64,000 bases of DNA from the human T2T-CHM13v2.0 reference genome, Homo sapiens: NCBI RefSeq assembly GCF_009914755.1, contig NC_060939.1; one strand, written 5' to 3'. The notes beneath the pieces are model-generated. The model did not search any database and was not told the DNA's origin. It saw only the letters and a program-made list of their open reading frames with translations. A program made the position numbers and the translations under genes. Shown here piece by piece: positions 13,177-26,990 of the stretch; the first letter of the stretch is position 1, and every line of letters starts with the position of its first letter.

Positions 13177-13358
13177 AAGAATTTACTCTTTCACCCCATA
13201 GACTTCAGTTGCCTCATGGTACAATCCAATAAATAGAGAACTCTGCTCTCAAAGTTTGTAATAAACTAACAAAAGGTAACCACTAAATTTAAGCAGTGGT
13301 AAAAACAACAACAACTTCTAGGTTTTTATTCTTCTTACCTGTATGCCTTTTTCATTAG

Positions 13359-13440
13359 CTCATTCGGAATGCAGAACTCTGGGGTACTGGGAGCGGGTTG
13401 GTGGGAAGTATAGACAGAGTATATAAAAGTGCAAGTAGTG
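13359..13440 (+). pseudogene. Candidate pseudo-exon 2 (CRD1 N-half)
   Basis: Pyrimidine tract + cattAG acceptor, GTG|GTGAGA donor; reads HSECRTLGYWERVGGKYRQSI*KCK*. Confidence 0.5.
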
Positions 13441-13532
13441 GTGAGATTTTGTTTAATGATAATTTTTTAATCCCAAGTCTGCACTATCGTAACTTACAAA
13501 TAACAATATAGGGATAAAGTATTGATTTTCAT

Positions 13533-13651
13533 TATACCAGCTCATTAAGGATGTCAAACTGAAAATGGATGTGAATGTAAATGTTGTATTGGTGATGAAT
13601 TTGAATGTTTGCTGCTCAATTTCTGGTGAAAAGAGATACATTTACCATCTG
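13533..13651 (+). pseudogene. Candidate pseudo-exon 3 (CRD1/CRD2)
   Basis: YQLIKD(fs)CQTENGCECKCCIGDEFECLLLNFW*KE; strong donor CTG|GTAAGA; acceptor either decayed (ttttcAT 13531-32) or AG at 13539-40. Confidence 0.6.
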
Positions 13652-13742
13652 GTAAGAATGATTGATAACTTGCATGCGTATGCTGCATTTCCTGAATGTT
13701 AAGTAGCAGCAACACTGTGTAATTTTGCTAATCCTTTTCTAG

Positions 13743-13863
13743 GAGGATTTCACAAAATGACAGGACTGCAAAGCAAGCCATCAAAGAGCAGTAGCAAAGA
13801 GAACAGCAAAAGGGGCGGAAAAAAAGTCCTGTGAAGGACCAGAAATAGAGCAGTGGACAACTG
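13743..13863 (+). pseudogene. Candidate pseudo-exon 4 (CRD2/3)
   Basis: Branch CTAAT 13728 + ccttttctAG; GFHKM(fs)QDCKASHQRAV...KSCEGPEIEQWTT; donor CTG|GTATTA. Confidence 0.55.
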
Positions 13864-13976
13864 GTATTAAATACACAGTTTAGATAAGATGTTCTTAAGC
13901 AACGCAAAGCTCATTGCATCTAAGCTTAACGTCAGAAGAGCTGGTGTCTCCCTGGGAGTTTGCTCTGTTCTGTCAG

Positions 13977-14033
13977 CACCTAGTGAAATCACTGAGATAA
14001 GAATGGCTGCTCCATTTCAGTTCAGAAAATCTA
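13977..14033 (+). pseudogene. Candidate pseudo-exon 5 (stalk)
   Basis: tttgctctgttctgtcAG acceptor; 57 nt phase 1-1, PSEITEIRMAAPFQFRKS; weak donor A|GTAAAG. Confidence 0.35.
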
Positions 14034-14210
14034 GTAAAGAGAGTTCATCTCTCTGGGGACTACAGAAGGAAGTAAATCTCTGAAGTGGGGTGAGGAAGAG
14101 GTCTTGTTTTTAAGCAAACATATAGCAAAGATGCATGATCTTAATTTAATGCCTGTTATTCTGTCATCTTTCCTTTTTAACACCAATGAAGTTAAGTTTC
14201 TGCAATTCAG

Positions 14211-14371
14211 TTGAATACAGTGGGAGGCCCCAAACAGATTCCTATCAATGGCGTGGCAAGGTAGTCTTAGGGAAAGTGTCTGTCTATCTTCTCAGCTACT
14301 GCAGGCAACAGAAAGAGGCACTCTCTTCATCTGAAAATATCCATCAGAAGAAATTACCTAGGCAACTTCTT
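14211..14371 (+). pseudogene. Candidate pseudo-exon 6 (decayed transmembrane exon)
   Basis: ttctgcaattcAG acceptor; open 161 nt phase 1-0: ...YQWRGKVVLGKVSVYLLSYCRQQKE...; donor CTT|GTGAGC. Confidence 0.5.
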
Positions 14372-14569
14372 GTGAGCTTGAATTAGTAGGTTTCAGTGTC
14401 TGGGGTACTGGAAACCATGGTCCTGGGTTAGTGTTTCTTGCTAATGAGCATTTAGGAATAGGAAGAGGAAACAGGCACCATTACAGGTGCTCCTCAAACT
14501 AACTCTCATTAACTGCTCACCATGACTCTGGAAGCCCGACTCCTGGTAGGTGAGAAAAAGAAACACTGC

Positions 14570-14705
14570 TGCCTAGTGTTCCATTATCGGAATGCTAAGC
14601 ATGTGGGAGTTATTTACATCCTACTGCTCAAGGTCATCGCCAAGGTCTGATTTTTCATTCGTGCAAAAATTCAAAAAATTGTAACCCCTGGCATAAATGG
14701 GTTAA
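14570..14705 (+). mobile_element. MER85 (PGBD3-derived piggyBac MITE), left TIR partly deleted
   Basis: GCCTAGTGTTCCATTATCGGAATGCTAAGCATGTGGGAG...GGCATAAATGGG followed by TTAA (14702-14705). Confidence 0.9.
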
Positions 14706-15217
14706 GGAGCTTGCTGAAGTTCGTGCAGTTCTTTTCACTACGTATTTATTGAACACCTTCCTACTGATTGTGCTACCTGCCAAAAGCAAAGATGAGACCT
14801 GTCCCTGTCATGAGTCATAACTAGTTAACATAAATAACTGAGTCCACAGCTGACTGGCCTGGAGTGCTCTTCCCTGGGGTAAGCTTTGGATGGCCTTTCC
14901 TTTCCAAAATCACAGGCAGAGCAGTGGGGCCAACACGAAGAGCCAGAGTGTCTAAGCTCCCACAGTGGGTCGGGCTCTTGCTAGAAGACTCCACGGGTGT
15001 TCTTTCTAATCCTTTTGACAACCTTGGGAGGAAGTCTGTGAACTTCACGGATGAAAAAACAAACTTGGAGAAGTTAACAACTTGCCAGAAACCATTTAGC
15101 TATTTGATAAACAAGGTCTCAAGCCCAGGTATGTCTGACTCCAAATTCCATGTTCTGACCCATCGTCCCCAGGCAATAACTATAATCCACTATCTCCTGA
15201 CTCCACCGTCTACACAG

Positions 15218-15271
15218 TGGGCTCAACCAGGGAGGCAGATCTCAGCCCCAGAGCTCTCCTACATTCGCCAG
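15218..15271 (+). pseudogene. Candidate pseudo-exon 7 (cytoplasmic)
   Basis: Branch CTGAC ~15197, cacAG acceptor, 54 nt phase 0-0 open (WAQPGRQISAPELSYIRQ), near-consensus donor CAG|GTAAGA. Confidence 0.45.
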
Positions 15272-16290
15272 GTAAGATAATTAGTCCATTTCATCTGTGG
15301 ACTCTATATCAGATCTGCTGAAATTGGTATTTGCTCCACTAAATGGTTAGAAAAGCCCAAAAGCAGAGACAGGAAGTTTTTTCAGCAATTGAGTCTCTTA
15401 GCATGTGCCTCCATTTCTTCAACTTCCATTGATGTTATTTTTTGAATAACCCAACATAAAAACCCCTCTAGCCTCTCTCCAGCCCTCTCCTGCTATTTGC
15501 TCTCTTCCCTAGTGGACTTTCAAAAAGCTGCCTCTATTACAAATTAAAATGTACACAGCGTGTGTTTAATACGTGCAAATACGCGCGCACACACACACAC
15601 AAGTGAATACACAGATGCACAGCAAACAGCCTGCACTGTGCTGGCTGCAAGGGATGCAGTGATGAGTGAGATGAAGTCTCTGCCTTCTGTGAGTCCATGA
15701 AGTGACAGCTTTGGGAGGTACACAATTTTATTCTTTGCTGTGAAAAATGAAACCGTTTAAAATTTTTCAAATTCCAAATTAGAGTTTGAATTAATGAGAT
15801 TCTAAAGAACCTTCCTACGTTATACTTTTTAGCTCATTTCATGAAAATAATGACATATTTTATCCTCAGAATGGCCCTAAGAGACTGGCCGAGTGGGCAC
15901 CTCCTCTCAGTGGCGGAGCAGCGGTGTGTGTGTGAGGACTGTGTGGGGTCAACGTCCTGGTGACGGAGCTGGAGTAAAACCCTGGTCTGTAGACTCGCAG
16001 TTGGATTCTCTTCATCTTGGTGCCTTCACATCTATGGGAATCTGGAAAAGAGCTTCCCGGTGTGCACTTAGGCAGGGCCATGTCTTGTCTCCTTTGGCCC
16101 TAGGCTTGGCATGAAAGGAGAGGGGAAATGGGGCCATTCTCTTGTGTTTCTGTTTCTCCTCGGCTGTCAGCACTTCTCTGTCTCATTATGTCTGAGCTCT
16201 CACCAACAGGAACCCACCCAAAGGCCTGTCTACATGTTGCCTGGTTGTCTTATTTAAAGCTGTATTTTAATTTTTAAAAATACATTTTTT

Positions 16291-16568
16291 GTGGGGTGTG
16301 ATGGCTAATGCCTGTAATCCCAGCACTTTGGGAGGCCGAGGTGGGTGGATCACTTGAGGTCAGGGGTTCGAGAACAGCCTGGCCAACATGGCAAAACCCC
16401 ATCTCTACTAAAAATAGAAAAATTAGCCAGGTATGGTGACGCAGCCTGTAATCCCAGCTGCTCGGGAGGCTGAGGCAGGAGAATTGCTTGAACTTGGGAG
16501 GCGGGGCCCCTGCACTCCAGCCTGGGTGACGGAGTGAGACTGTGTCTCAAAAAAAAAAAAAAAAAAAA
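16291..16568 (+). mobile_element. AluS with internal deletion in right arm
   Basis: Alu dimer lacking the TTGCAGTGAGCCGAGATC segment. Confidence 0.9.
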
Positions 16569-16594
16569 GTATAGAAAATCAGATTTGACAATAG

Positions 16595-16792
<198 letters not shown>

Positions 16793-17353
16793 AAAATATT
16801 CCATCTTAAGGTGCCAATTACTTCATAAACTTTAAGATAGTTATGTTTTATTCCTGGGGAATACCCCTGAGTGCCACCCTGCGATTCGCGCTCGAGTAGC
16901 TGTGAGAAAAGCCGCTTCGTGTCGGGGGTCGACTGTTCCCTGCTGGCCAGCTGTGGGTGTGGAGCCAGTGACTTTGCCTCTTCACATCTTGGTGACTCCG
17001 TGGCTGTGTGGACACAGGATTGCAGGGGCAGGAGTGGAAGCAAGAAGCCTCCTAAGGAGATGGATGCTGGAGCTGTGGTGAGAGGGAAGGGGGGCCAGGG
17101 CTGAGAAGGGGTGGAGAGAGGTGGGTTGACTAGGACACATGGCAGAGCCGGTGCGCTGGCTGTATGGAGTGAGGACTAATGGGGAATCAAGGACGTCCAG
17201 CTGTGGATGGCAGAAGGGCCACTGTCTGAAGTGGGAAGTCTGGACATTCCCAAAGGAGTCTTTGAAAGACTGGGTCTTCTCCTGAGCCTGAGAGCAGTGC
17301 TTCTTCCAATGGCACTGCTTCCATTTTAAGGTATGTGGAGGAAACAGGATTTG

Positions 17354-17355
<2 letters not shown>

Positions 17356-17396
<41 letters not shown>
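17356..17396. repeat. (GT)~20 microsatellite
   Basis: Direct. Confidence 0.98.
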
Positions 17397-17397
<1 letters not shown>

Positions 17398-17489
17398 CAT
17401 TTCGGATGCCACTTTGTTTGCCAATGGGATTTCTGCCCCTGCCTCCCTCCCTGCAAGCCTGTGTCCATGTAGCCAGCAGAGTCATTGTT

Positions 17490-18038
17490 TTGGAAAATAA
17501 CATCAGCTGTTCAAAACTCTCCAATAGCTTCCCAATACCTGAAAATGGAATTGAAATTCCTCAGCAGGTCTGCAAGGCCCTCAGTGAGCTGTCCCCTGCC
17601 CCTACCCTCCCTCATTCTCAGCCTCCTCAATCCACCACTGGGCTCCCTCAGAGGGCTTCATGGACTGCCACGCTCCTCCTGCCTGGCACCCTGGCTCTCG
17701 AGTTTTCATGGGGCTGGCTGCTTCTCCTCACTCAGTCATCAGCTCCAATGTCAACTCCTTGGTGTGGCCATCTCTGCCCAGCCAGCCAAGGCGGACACCC
17801 AGGTGCTCCTTATCATAATACCTTGCTGTAAGGACCTGTTCCCGTGCAGGTTTACCTGCACACTGCCTCTCTTCCCCCACTGGAATGTGACCTTCTTGAA
17901 GACAGGGGCTTGACTCCTTTGTCTCCATCTCATACCCAGCATCTTAGCACAGGCCCTGGCACATCAATAGATATTGGTTGGTTAACTGGATGGATGGGTG
18001 GATGGATGGATGGGGGAATGGATGGATGGATGGATGAA
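17490..18038 (+). mobile_element. L2 3' end with (TGGA)n tail
   Basis: AAAACTCTCCAATAGCTTCCC...TAGCACAGGCCCTGGCACA...TGGATGGATGGA. Confidence 0.75.
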
Positions 18039-18074
18039 AGATCCCACAGAATGGAGAGGGGGCTGGGGGCTAGA

Positions 18075-18590
18075 GTTCTCCTCACAACACTTTGACCATG
18101 TTCTTTACATTCTCCAGCATCAGCATGGCCCGGGAGCTTGTTGGAATGAAGAATCTCCAGCTCCACCCGAAACCTGCTGAATCAGAACCAGCATTTAACA
18201 CGTCACCAGGATCCCAGGTAACTGCTGTGCACGGTGAAGTTTAAGAAGCTCTTCTAGAGCACTGACTGTCAAACTTGCCTGCACACTGGAATCACCTGGG
18301 GAGTTCTAAAAGTCACCGATGCAGGCGGGGAACGTTGACAATGAGGGAGGCTGTGCACATGTGGGGGCAGAGGATATGTGGGAGATCTCTGTGCCTTCCT
18401 CAATTTTGCTATGAACCTACAACTACTCTAAAAATTAAAGCCTTTAAAAAAATTTTAAAGACACTGATGTCTGGGCCACTCCTGCCAGGGATTCTGAGCT
18501 AATCAGTTCTTGGACTGATTAAAGTCTACCAGCTGATTCCATTGACTACCCAGCTGACACTAATGTTTGGCCAAGGTTGAGAACTAGCTG
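18075..18590. mobile_element. MER5 elements with a nested L1M 3' fragment (~18310-18455)
   Basis: GAATCACCTGGGAG, ACCTGCTGAATCAGAA; L1MC/ME end ATATGTGGGAGATCTCTGT..TTTTGCTATGAACCTA. Confidence 0.6.
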
Positions 18591-20564
18591 ATGTCTGGCA
18601 TTCTTTTTTGTTGGGAAGCAGAGAGCAAAGCTCAAGGAATGGTCAGGAGGGAGGCCGGGAGAGTGTGAAGAGAAGAAAGGGAAATACACATTTCCTCCCT
18701 GTCGCTGGGGCTTGGCTGTCTGCAGAGCACTTGCTCACCTTCATTAATTATATCAGGTGCCTTTCTCCTGGTTCCTAAGATGCTCTAGGCCGTTCAAGAA
18801 GCTCTCAGGGTCGAGGTGAGCCCCAGACCCATGTGTGTGTGCCCGTATCCCCCCCATCACCACCCCCCCACACACACAGTGCAGCCGGACTACCGTCTTG
18901 GGGAATCCAGAGCTTAGCCCAGGCCTGGTGGGCCCAGCAGATGCTCAGGCAGAAGCTGCAGGAAGGTAGGAGTGGTAGAAAACCAAGAGAAGCCAGGAAA
19001 ATCACACTTCATTGCTGTGTTTTCAATGCAAAGGCGTCTTTGCCCATGGTGGAACCACACAGAAGAAATACCTCAGGGTTGGGTCTCAAAGAACAGTTCC
19101 AGCTCCCACTTGAGGAAAAGCTTTTGGGTCCAAGAACAGGCCTCCTGCCTCTTCCCCCACCCCACTTTGCGGGCTCCTCCCCAAAGGTCTTCCCTACCTT
19201 TCCCTCAACCCCTAGCAAGCTATGCCTGGAATCAGAGACTTGGGCTGAACCATGATTGCGGTTAAAATGCAGACTAAATTGTAAGTTGTTTTCATCATCT
19301 ACACCTCGATGTAACTGGAGTAACCAGATCCTCTTTTGAGAATGGTTTGCTGGGAGGCAGCACAGCCAGTGGGCCCTGGCCAGGGGAGAGAGGCCTTGTG
19401 GGGCTCACACCAGCCTCCCACATTCTCCCAGCCTGACTCCCACCTCCACGATGCAATTCTTGTCTCCCTTTCTGGCTCCTTGCCCTCCAGAGCTGCCTCT
19501 TAATGGGGGGAAGAAATCACTAATCTAAGCCTTCCTCTCCGGTTCACAAAGTTACTCACTTTGCACAGCTGCCTTAAATCAATGTGCCCAGCCCTCTGGT
19601 GACAGTCATAGTGCCTACTGTAACTGTAAACAGATCTCGTAGTATATTCATTTTTTAAAAATCACCAACTGAATTAAAATAGACCGAGAGTAAAAGGTTG
19701 CAGAAGTCAGCCCTGGGTCTCTTCTTTGCTGATTGCACAGAGTTCCTCCAGGGCCCTGCAGAGACCTCTGTCCACCCGGCTAGGCCTCTTTCAGGAGGTT
19801 AAGGGGTGACCTTCGCAGAACTCTACAAAAGCCAGGGACTCTCTCACCAGAATAATGCTCAGAGAATTTAGGTATGTTTAAGGTCCCTGTCCACAGTTTT
19901 TGGGCCTCCAGATACTCTGAATTTCATACAAAGATCTGAAAAGGGTCCACAAACCCCAAGTGAAAAATCACTACAGTTTTTATATTTAAAAACTCAAACT
20001 ACAAACTCACAAGCCTTCAGAAACCAGGCAGGGGAAGATTTGTCACCAGACTTCAGAAACCAGGCAGGGGAAAATGTATAAGTGAATAATTGAGTCCGTG
20101 GATGATAAGGAATGGTGGGTACCATTTAAATTCATTTCATAAATTATTACCGGATAGACCAAGTAATATATATCTTCAGACTAGATTTAGCCCATGGGTA
20201 ACCCATGTATTGTTCAGAATTTTATAGGTATTTATACCTGCCTCCACCCTCCATTTGATAATGAGATCTACCTAGTATCTAAGCCCAATCATTTCTGCAG
20301 GAACATGAGCTTATTTCTCCTCAGTTTTACTTGGCAAGAGTTCTCTCAATTCTCCTCCTCCATACTACTGTCAGTTCTTCCAGAGGTCTGCCCAGCTCCA
20401 AGGCCCAAGTTAAACAGCCCCTTCTTCCATGAAGCATCCCTGATAACCCCACACCCACAGCCAGACCCGCATCCCTTGCCCTTCCATTCCTAGCCACGGG
20501 TGTGTTGGCACTACAGTGTGCTCCCTGAGTCCTCTCTGACTTGATTGTCAACACCCATTCCCCA

Positions 20565-20780
20565 AGCTGTTGCTCTTACCTGGAAGCTATTTTGCTTCCT
20601 AGGGGACATTCGGCAATGTCCGGAGACATTTCTGATGGTCACCGATTGGAGGGAGGGAATCCCCCTGTCATCTAGTGGGAGAGGCCAGGGATGCTGCCAA
20701 ACATCCTACAATGCACAGGACAGCCCCCCACAACCAAGAGTTACCCAGTCCCGATGTCAATGCCGAAGCTGAAAAAACCT
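20565..20780 (+). mobile_element. MER20 (hAT-Charlie)
   Basis: GGGGACATTCGGCAATGTCCGGAGACATTT...GGCCAGGGATGCTGCCAAACATCCTACAATGCACAGGACAGCCCC. Confidence 0.9.
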
Positions 20781-21363
20781 TCCTCAGCGAGCGCTGGATA
20801 AACCCCTTGAGGGCAGGGCTGTGTCTTGCTTAATGTGGTCCTCCCAGAGCCCAGGATACAGGGTCTGGCATGCAATAGGCACTCGACACTGGCATGTTGA
20901 TGGGGTTTAATGGTAGCAGGCTAGGTCAAAAGAGAAAGACCCAATCTCAGCCCCAAATAGCTCATAGCTAGATCAGAGAGGAAAACACATGTCCAGTTGG
21001 CTCTCCACAGTGGATGATGCAACCAAGGCTGGACAACCATGAAATGAGTTTGCTCTGGGAGGGGCTTCACCACTTTCAGGAGGGGACATTAGGACTGGGT
21101 GTTTGTTTCAGCTGAGCTCTTTATTGCAATACAGAAATGAACTCAGGGCTCCTTAAGAGGTGAAAGATCCACTGCGAAGAGACACCTGAATGAACACCCC
21201 AGCCCAGGGAAGAGCAGAGCATCCATCCATGGGAGCTGGGCTGTGGCGGTCACACGGGCGCTGTCCACTAAGGAGATGCAGAGACAGCCCCACCTCTTCT
21301 CTCCACCCCACCCACCCCAGGTTCACCCAGACGTTTCTGCTTCCCCTTGACCTGAGACCCCAC

Positions 21364-21590
21364 CAGGGCCAATTATCTGTTAGCTACAGTGCCTAGGGCC
21401 CACAATACTTCTTAGGGGCCCTTAAAATGTTTAATTTTAATTTATTTTAAAATCAGAAGAATAAAAGAACATAATAACAATGAATCTAAAATAAGGAATC
21501 CAGCCTGAATTGCATTCATCTGTATATCTATGCAGTCATATAATCTAATTTTTTCTACATTTTTATGGAGAGGGGCCCAAAGGTACCAGA
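21364..21590. mobile_element. MER96B-like (hAT-Tip100) MITE
   Basis: CAGGGCC...CAGTGCCTAGGGCCCACAATACTT..TAGGGGCCC. Confidence 0.55.
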
Positions 21591-21668
21591 CATCACCCTC
21601 TCCCAGCCCTCTCTACTCCTCCCGGGTGAAGCTCCCACCACAGACCAGCACTCCTGGGTTCTTCATGA

Positions 21669-22490
<822 letters not shown>

Positions 22491-22799
22491 GACTATATTT
22501 ATGAGACAGAGAGGGTGTTGCAGGAGAGAGGAGAGGCAGAGCAGAAAGGCAATGAGTTTAGCAGCTCTGTTAGGTTGAATGCACACTGGAGGTCATGATG
22601 TCCTGGGGAGGAGAAGAGAAACAAGTGGTAGGATCAAGACACTGTTTTCTGTTCCAGCTCATTTTGCGAACAATGTTATGTCACAGGTCACTTGGCTGTC
22701 CTTGGCTCAACTGTGAGTAAGGAGGAGTCCTGCGGAATGAAAAATGACTACCCAGATTTGCCACCAAAATCCAGCAGGAGTGCCTTAGAAAGCAGGTAA

Positions 22800-23194
<395 letters not shown>

Positions 23195-23488
23195 ACCTGT
23201 GCACTCTTTCATGGGATTTCTAAGCAGTGCCGGGAGGCAGGCAGGATCGCTTTTGACTTATGATGATGGAAGAAAATTAAGCTAAAGTGGGTCATCTTGT
23301 TTCAAATGCAGTGATTGTCCCATCATGCCTTGAAGCCTCTCGAAAGGAGAGGTGTGAGAGTCAGTACAACACTTTGCCATCGGCAGAGGTCTTTGGGCTG
23401 GCTCTCGATGCCTCTGGGCCCTGGAACAAGAGAACAAATGGAGGCCGCCCACCATGTGTCTAAATATTATTTAAAAGTTATTAATTAG

Positions 23489-24800
<1,312 letters not shown>

Positions 24801-24819
24801 CCACTCACATATCTATATT

Positions 24820-25198
24820 CAAAACAAAAAAGAAAGGATCTCACATACCCACACCTTACACAAAAATGAACTCAAAATGGATTATAGTCCTAAGTGTAAA
24901 ACATAAACCTATGAAACTTCTAGAAAATATAGGAGAAAATATGTGTGACCTTCAGATACTAAAGGAATAATCTATAAGAAAAAAATGATAAATGAGACTT
25001 TATCAATATTAAAAATGTTTGCTCTGAAAAAAAAGTGAAAATGAAAACACAAACCACAGACTGGCAGAAAATATTTACAAATCATATATTTGACAAAGGA
25101 CATAAAAAGACTCAACAGTGAGAAAATAAGTACATTTTGCCAATTAAAAATAGGCAAAAGACTGAATAGATACTTCACCAAAGAAGAAATGAGAATGA

Positions 25199-25232
<34 letters not shown>

Positions 25233-25640
25233 AAGATGCTGAACATCATAGTCTAAGGGTAATATAAATTAAAACCACAACAAAATGATCTAAATACTCA
25301 AAAATAAGTGATTAGTTAAATAAATTAGGGTGTATTTGTGCAAAAGGTTATTATCCATCCCTTAAGAATTATGTTTTGCACTTTAAAATAACATGAAAAA
25401 TAGTTTTGGAAAAATGTATTAAGTAAAAGAAAGAGAATTTAAAGATATACACAATATTAATCCAAACTTGAAGGAAAATTGTGTATATGTTACGTACATG
25501 TGTTCAACAAACACTGAAATACATTAAAATATAAACAGGCCTCATTTCTGGGTGTGGCAATTATAGAAATTTCATTTTTTTTCTTTCTATTTCTTAGACT
25601 TTTCCTAAATATTTTCCAACACACACATATTATTTTTATA
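24820..25640 (+). mobile_element. L1MC/ME fragments with (CA)n at ~25203-25229
   Basis: ACTCAAAATGGATTATAG..CTAAGTGTAAAA..GAAACTTCTAGAAAATATAGGAGAAAAT. Confidence 0.8.
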
Positions 25641-26199
25641 AATTATTTAAGCGATGAGAGAAAAACATAGACATATATCTGAGCCCCCCCTCCAGGCATC
25701 ATTCAGCCCTTCTTGTAAGAGATGCCACTGTGGAGACCCCCAGCAGTGGAAGTCATGTACCTCAGTTTTCCCTCTCAACAGCCTTTCCCAGAAGCCTCCT
25801 CTGGCTCTCAGCTCTTGGTGCTGCTGCCTTTCCTTCCAACGGGAACGCCTTCCTCCCCTGGCCGTCTCCTTCACTGACACTCCTGCTGAGTCCCTCTCCT
25901 GGGGTGGAGGTCCCTGGGGATCCTTTCCTTCCCCTTTTCCTTCCTGGCCCTCATTCTGTCCCTGTGGGATTTAATTTACTTCTGTGGCATCAGCAAGGGC
26001 ACCCAAGACACCCACATCACTGTGTCTGGCCTAAACTGTTCTCATGGGCTCCAAGCCCATCCATGCCACAGATGTTTATTGGGTATCTATAGCCAGGCTC
26101 AGCTCCAGGGTCTGGGGACCCAGCAGGGGCAATCACAGCAGAGCCCCTGCTTTCAGGGACCATGCATTCTAACAGAGGAGTCAGGCAGTAGACATATCC

Positions 26200-26470
26200 A
26201 CAAATCAACAAGCCCATTCATACTTCAGAACCTGCATTTTAGCAAGATTCTCCAGAACAGGTGAAGGCACATTAAAGTTTGAGGCCCACTGCCCTACACC
26301 AGTGGTTCCCAAAATGTGGTTCCCAAGCAGCGGCTCTCCTAGGAGTTTCTGAGAAGTGCAGCCTCTCAGCTCCAACCCAGACCTACTGAATCAGGAGCTC
26401 TGTGGGTGGGGCCCAAAATCAGTTGTGTCCTCCAACTGATGGAGGGCCCTCCAGGGGATTCTGCTACAGT
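26200..26470. mobile_element. MER5A elements
   Basis: CAGTGGTTCCCAAA...CCCAGACCTACTGAATCAG. Confidence 0.7.
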
Positions 26471-26519
26471 CCCATAAAGGGCTACTCAGGGCTAGGGACC
26501 ACATCTCATTTATCTTGCT

Positions 26520-26990
26520 ATTTGTTAGTTTCCAATTGTAGCAATCACAAATCACCACAAAAGTAGTGGCTTAAAGCAACACAAGTGTATTATCTTATCG
26601 TTCTGGAGATCAGAAATCTGAAAGCAGTTTCGCTGCGCTAAAACCAAGGTGCTGGCTGGGCTGTGTTCCTCTTGGAGGCTCTAGGGAATGGTCCCTTTCC
26701 TTGCCTTCTCCAACTTCCAGAGGCCGATGGCATCCCTTGGCTCATGGCCATATTGCTCTGACCTCCACTTCCGTCGCCACACTTCCTTCTCTGACTCTGA
26801 TCCTCCTGCCTCCTTCTTAAAAGGACGCTGTGATTACATTGGGCCTACCCTGATAATCCATGATGACCTTCCCATCTCAAGATTCTTAACTTAATCATAT
26901 CTGCAACATCCTTTTTGCCATGCAGGGTAACATACTCACAGGATCTGTGGATCAGGACGTGAACATCTCTGGAAGCCATTATCTACCCCA
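26520..26990. mobile_element. MLT1 LTR
   Basis: GTGGCTTAAAGCAACACAA..TTCTGGAG..GATTACATTGGGCCTACC..GATAATCCA. Confidence 0.85.

Noticed and set aside
16880-16935. Small CpG cluster as a promoter
   Set aside because: Only ~55 bp with no supporting promoter motifs
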